DNA from: an uncultured archaeon
GTDB taxonomy: Archaea; Asgardarchaeota; Lokiarchaeia; Sigyniarchaeales; SOKP01
Assembly: GCA_964508365.1 (NCBI GenBank)
Contig: CAZDTP010000020.1
Location: 1 to 61,604 of the forward strand
Direction of reading: 5' to 3'
DNA length: 61,604 nucleotides
Made by a program: the position numbers and the translations under genes. The notes under the pieces are model-generated. The model worked only from the letters and a program-made list of their open reading frames with translations, was not told the origin of the DNA and made no database searches. This document shows positions 59,634 through 61,604 of the stretch, in pieces. The number at the start of each line of letters is the position of its first letter. Within the stretch, counting starts at the first letter, position 1.

Positions 59634-60308
59634 TTGTCGAACGAAATTATTGTCGAAAAACTCATTCACAAGGGAGCAGAAGCTAGTCTTTATTATGGTT
59701 CTTGGTTTGGAAAGGAAGCTATTTTTAAAAAGCGAATTCCTAAAGGATATCGCATAGAACAAATCGACAAGCTTCTCTGTTATAATCGAACTCTTAACGA
59801 AGCTAAAGCGTTAATCAGAGTCAAAAATTATGGGGTGTTAGTTCCTCCTGTGTACGAAATTGATGCTGAAAACTCGACAATCGTAATGAAATATATAAAA
59901 GGTGAAAAATTAAAGGATATTTTACATTCGTTGACTCCTTCACAGAAAGTGCAACATTTAAAAGAAATAGGAAAAGCTATAGCCTATTTGCATAAAAATG
60001 GTCACATTCATGGTGATATCACTACAAGTAATATAATCCTAACCCCAACTCAAGAATTATTTATCGTCGATTTTGGATTACACGATTACTCTGATTCAAT
60101 TGAAGATAAAAGTACTGACCTACATTTATTTAAGAGAGTTTTGATCTCTTCACATGGAAGCGATTTTACCATCTGTTTTGACGCTTTTCTTGAAGGATAT
60201 CGCGAAGGATATGGGATAGAGAAAAAATATGAATGTGAAGCTATTCTAAAGAATATATCAATAATTGAAACGAGAGGTCGATATATAAAAAAAGAAGATA
60301 GATTATAA
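59634..60308 (+). CDS. bud32: KEOPS kinase Bud32
   Basis: Motifs GAEA, K.RIPK.YR, EA, HGDITTSN, VDFGL and DLHLF. Confidence 0.93.
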   Translation: MSNEIIVEKLIHKGAEASLYYGSWFGKEAIFKKRIPKGYRIEQIDKLLCYNRTLNEAKALIRVKNYGVLVPPVYEIDAENSTIVMKYIKGEKLKDILHSLTPSQKVQHLKEIGKAIAYLHKNGHIHGDITTSNIILTPTQELFIVDFGLHDYSDSIEDKSTDLHLFKRVLISSHGSDFTICFDAFLEGYREGYGIEKKYECEAILKNISIIETRGRYIKKEDRL

Positions 60309-60608
60309 AAATAAAATTTTTTCATTCGGCTTTAAATTAATAACATTAATTGTTCATTTTAAAGATAAAGACATCAAAATTATTTACATCTGATATAGGG
60401 AACTTTAAAAGCCTCTAAATATAGAGAGATAATTTTATATACAAGTTTAACTTATAATTTATTATCAAAAAGTTTGATTTAGTTAAGGGTAATTAATATA
60501 AAATAGCTTTTCTTACTAGTTATTACACTTTTCTGGATCACATTTTGAAAATTAATAACTTTAGTGAATTTAATTTTGCCGAATCCCGAGAGAGAGAAAA
60601 AACCTGCC

Positions 60609-60776
60609 ATGCAAAATATAACCATCAATATTCCTGACATATATGATGCAAATATTAAAAAATTAATTGACCTGAAAATCGTTCCCAGCCGCTCAGAAGC
60701 AATCAGAATTGCTCTTAGGGAGTTCTTTCATACGGAATATAAAAATATGCAATTATTAGGATTCTTTGATGATTAA
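60609..60776 (+). CDS. Ribbon-helix-helix (CopG-like) DNA-binding protein
   Basis: MQNITINIP...SRSEAIRIALREF. GTG 60564 is an alternative start. Confidence 0.8.
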   Translation: MQNITINIPDIYDANIKKLIDLKIVPSRSEAIRIALREFFHTEYKNMQLLGFFDD

Positions 60777-60798
60777 AAAAGAAATTGTGTAAAAAAAA

Positions 60799-61044
60799 TT
60801 ATCTTCTTCTACGTATTTTTCGCGCTTCTCGTTCTACTTCTCGTAAGATCACGATATCGCTAACTTGTATTGGACCCTTAACATTTCTCGTAAGAATTCG
60901 ATTTCGATCTGGACCTTCAAGAATTCTTACCTTAATTTGGCTGATCTCACCAGTTAACCCCGTTCTACCAACGATTTGAAGGACTTCAGCGGGAATTGAA
61001 TAATCATACGGGTCTTTTCCTTTTGATTTATCTATTTTTGCTAA
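60799..61044 (-). CDS. rps28e: 30S ribosomal protein eS28 (missing from the ORF track; no ATG/GTG/TTG at the 5' end)
   Basis: Translated by hand: (M)[80 protein letters not shown]. It lies immediately downstream of rpl7ae. Confidence 0.93.
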   Translation of the reverse strand, partial: LAKIDKSKGKDPYDYSIPAEVLQIVGRTGLTGEISQIKVRILEGPDRNRILTRNVKGPIQVSDIVILREVEREARKIRRRR

Positions 61045-61058
61045 GATAATTCACCAGT

Positions 61059-61430
61059 TTATTTTTTTAATGCTTCTAACTTCTTTACAATTTCATCTAA
61101 AGCTCGATCGTTTCCAGTTCCTACATTCTCAATTGCGATGGCAGAAGAAGCTACATTAATACGAGCAGAATTTCCTAATTCTTTTTTCGTGGACACATAA
61201 CCATATGGAATTGACTTTTCTTCACATAATAAAGGAATGTGAAACAAAATTTCTGGTGGGCTAACATCTTCTGCCATGATAACAAGTTTCGCGAGATTCC
61301 TCTCAATTGCTTTTGTAACTTCATTCATCCCTTTTCTTATTTTCGAATCCCGCGTACCAGATATCGTAGATAAAGCGGCCTTAATGTCATTTTTTAACGC
61401 GTCAGGAATTTTAAATTTTATATAACTCAT
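61059..61430 (-). CDS. rpl7ae: 50S ribosomal protein L7Ae
   Basis: IRKGMNEVTKAIER..AKLVIMAEDVSPPEI..H.P.LCEEK.IPY...KKELG. Confidence 0.96.
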   Translation of the reverse strand: MSYIKFKIPDALKNDIKAALSTISGTRDSKIRKGMNEVTKAIERNLAKLVIMAEDVSPPEILFHIPLLCEEKSIPYGYVSTKKELGNSARINVASSAIAIENVGTGNDRALDEIVKKLEALKK

Positions 61431-61604
61431 TTTCTTCTCTTTCCAATATATATTTTTAATATATTATCATAAATCATCGATTTTAATGTAGTGTTAAATA
61501 GCGGATATAAAATAAAATTTTTGGTTTGGAATAACAGTAAAATTTTTTTAGAATCATTCTCTTTATCATATATCATGATTATTCCTATAAGATGTTTTTC
61601 TTGC

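Noticed and set aside
444-61430. Many 60-130 aa antisense or overlapping ORFs in the track (e.g. 444..641, 1626..2009, 8931..9200, 27627..28037, 56038..56400, 60785..60979)
   Set aside because: They lie inside or opposite well-supported genes and show no recognisable motifs. 60785..60979 is the antisense of rps28e.
1-61604. tRNA, rRNA or IS elements
   Set aside because: No GC-rich cloverleaf, rRNA-like segment, transposase ORF or terminal inverted repeat was recognised by eye. A tRNAscan-SE/Infernal run would be needed to exclude them.

Overview
A low-GC archaeal window, most consistent with a Lokiarchaeia-type Asgard archaeon. It has archaeal translation and transcription genes, two Rab-like GTPases, an Arf-like GTPase, two Roadblock proteins and a divergent EF-2. 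From left to right it carries uvrA (5' truncated), aIF5B, the CCA-adding enzyme, EF-2, Taw1, TFB and a metabolic block (acetyl-CoA transferase-GNAT, acs, an ABC exporter pair, GH3, peptidases). It ends with the rpoE1-spt4-(DPCK)-rps24e-rps27ae-kae1-bud32 cluster and rpl7ae-rps28e. The main result is in rps27ae (eS31), which the ORF track misses. The gene is split by a 30-nt insertion with two in-frame stops. The insertion folds into a canonical archaeal bulge-helix-bulge (BHB) splicing motif, and cutting at the standard positions restores the DRxxCxxC zinc-finger motif. This points to an mRNA intron in a ribosomal protein gene. Directly downstream, on the opposite strand, a ~1,360-aa acidic repeat protein with a GIY-YIG-like nuclease domain sits inside the cluster. 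Four genes appear to lack ATG/GTG/TTG at their true start (kae1 ATT, rps28e TTA/ATC/ATT, a paralog with CTG, and the giant ORF with ATT). I recognised no rRNA, tRNA, CRISPR array or IS element by eye. All family calls come from motif recognition; no database search was run.
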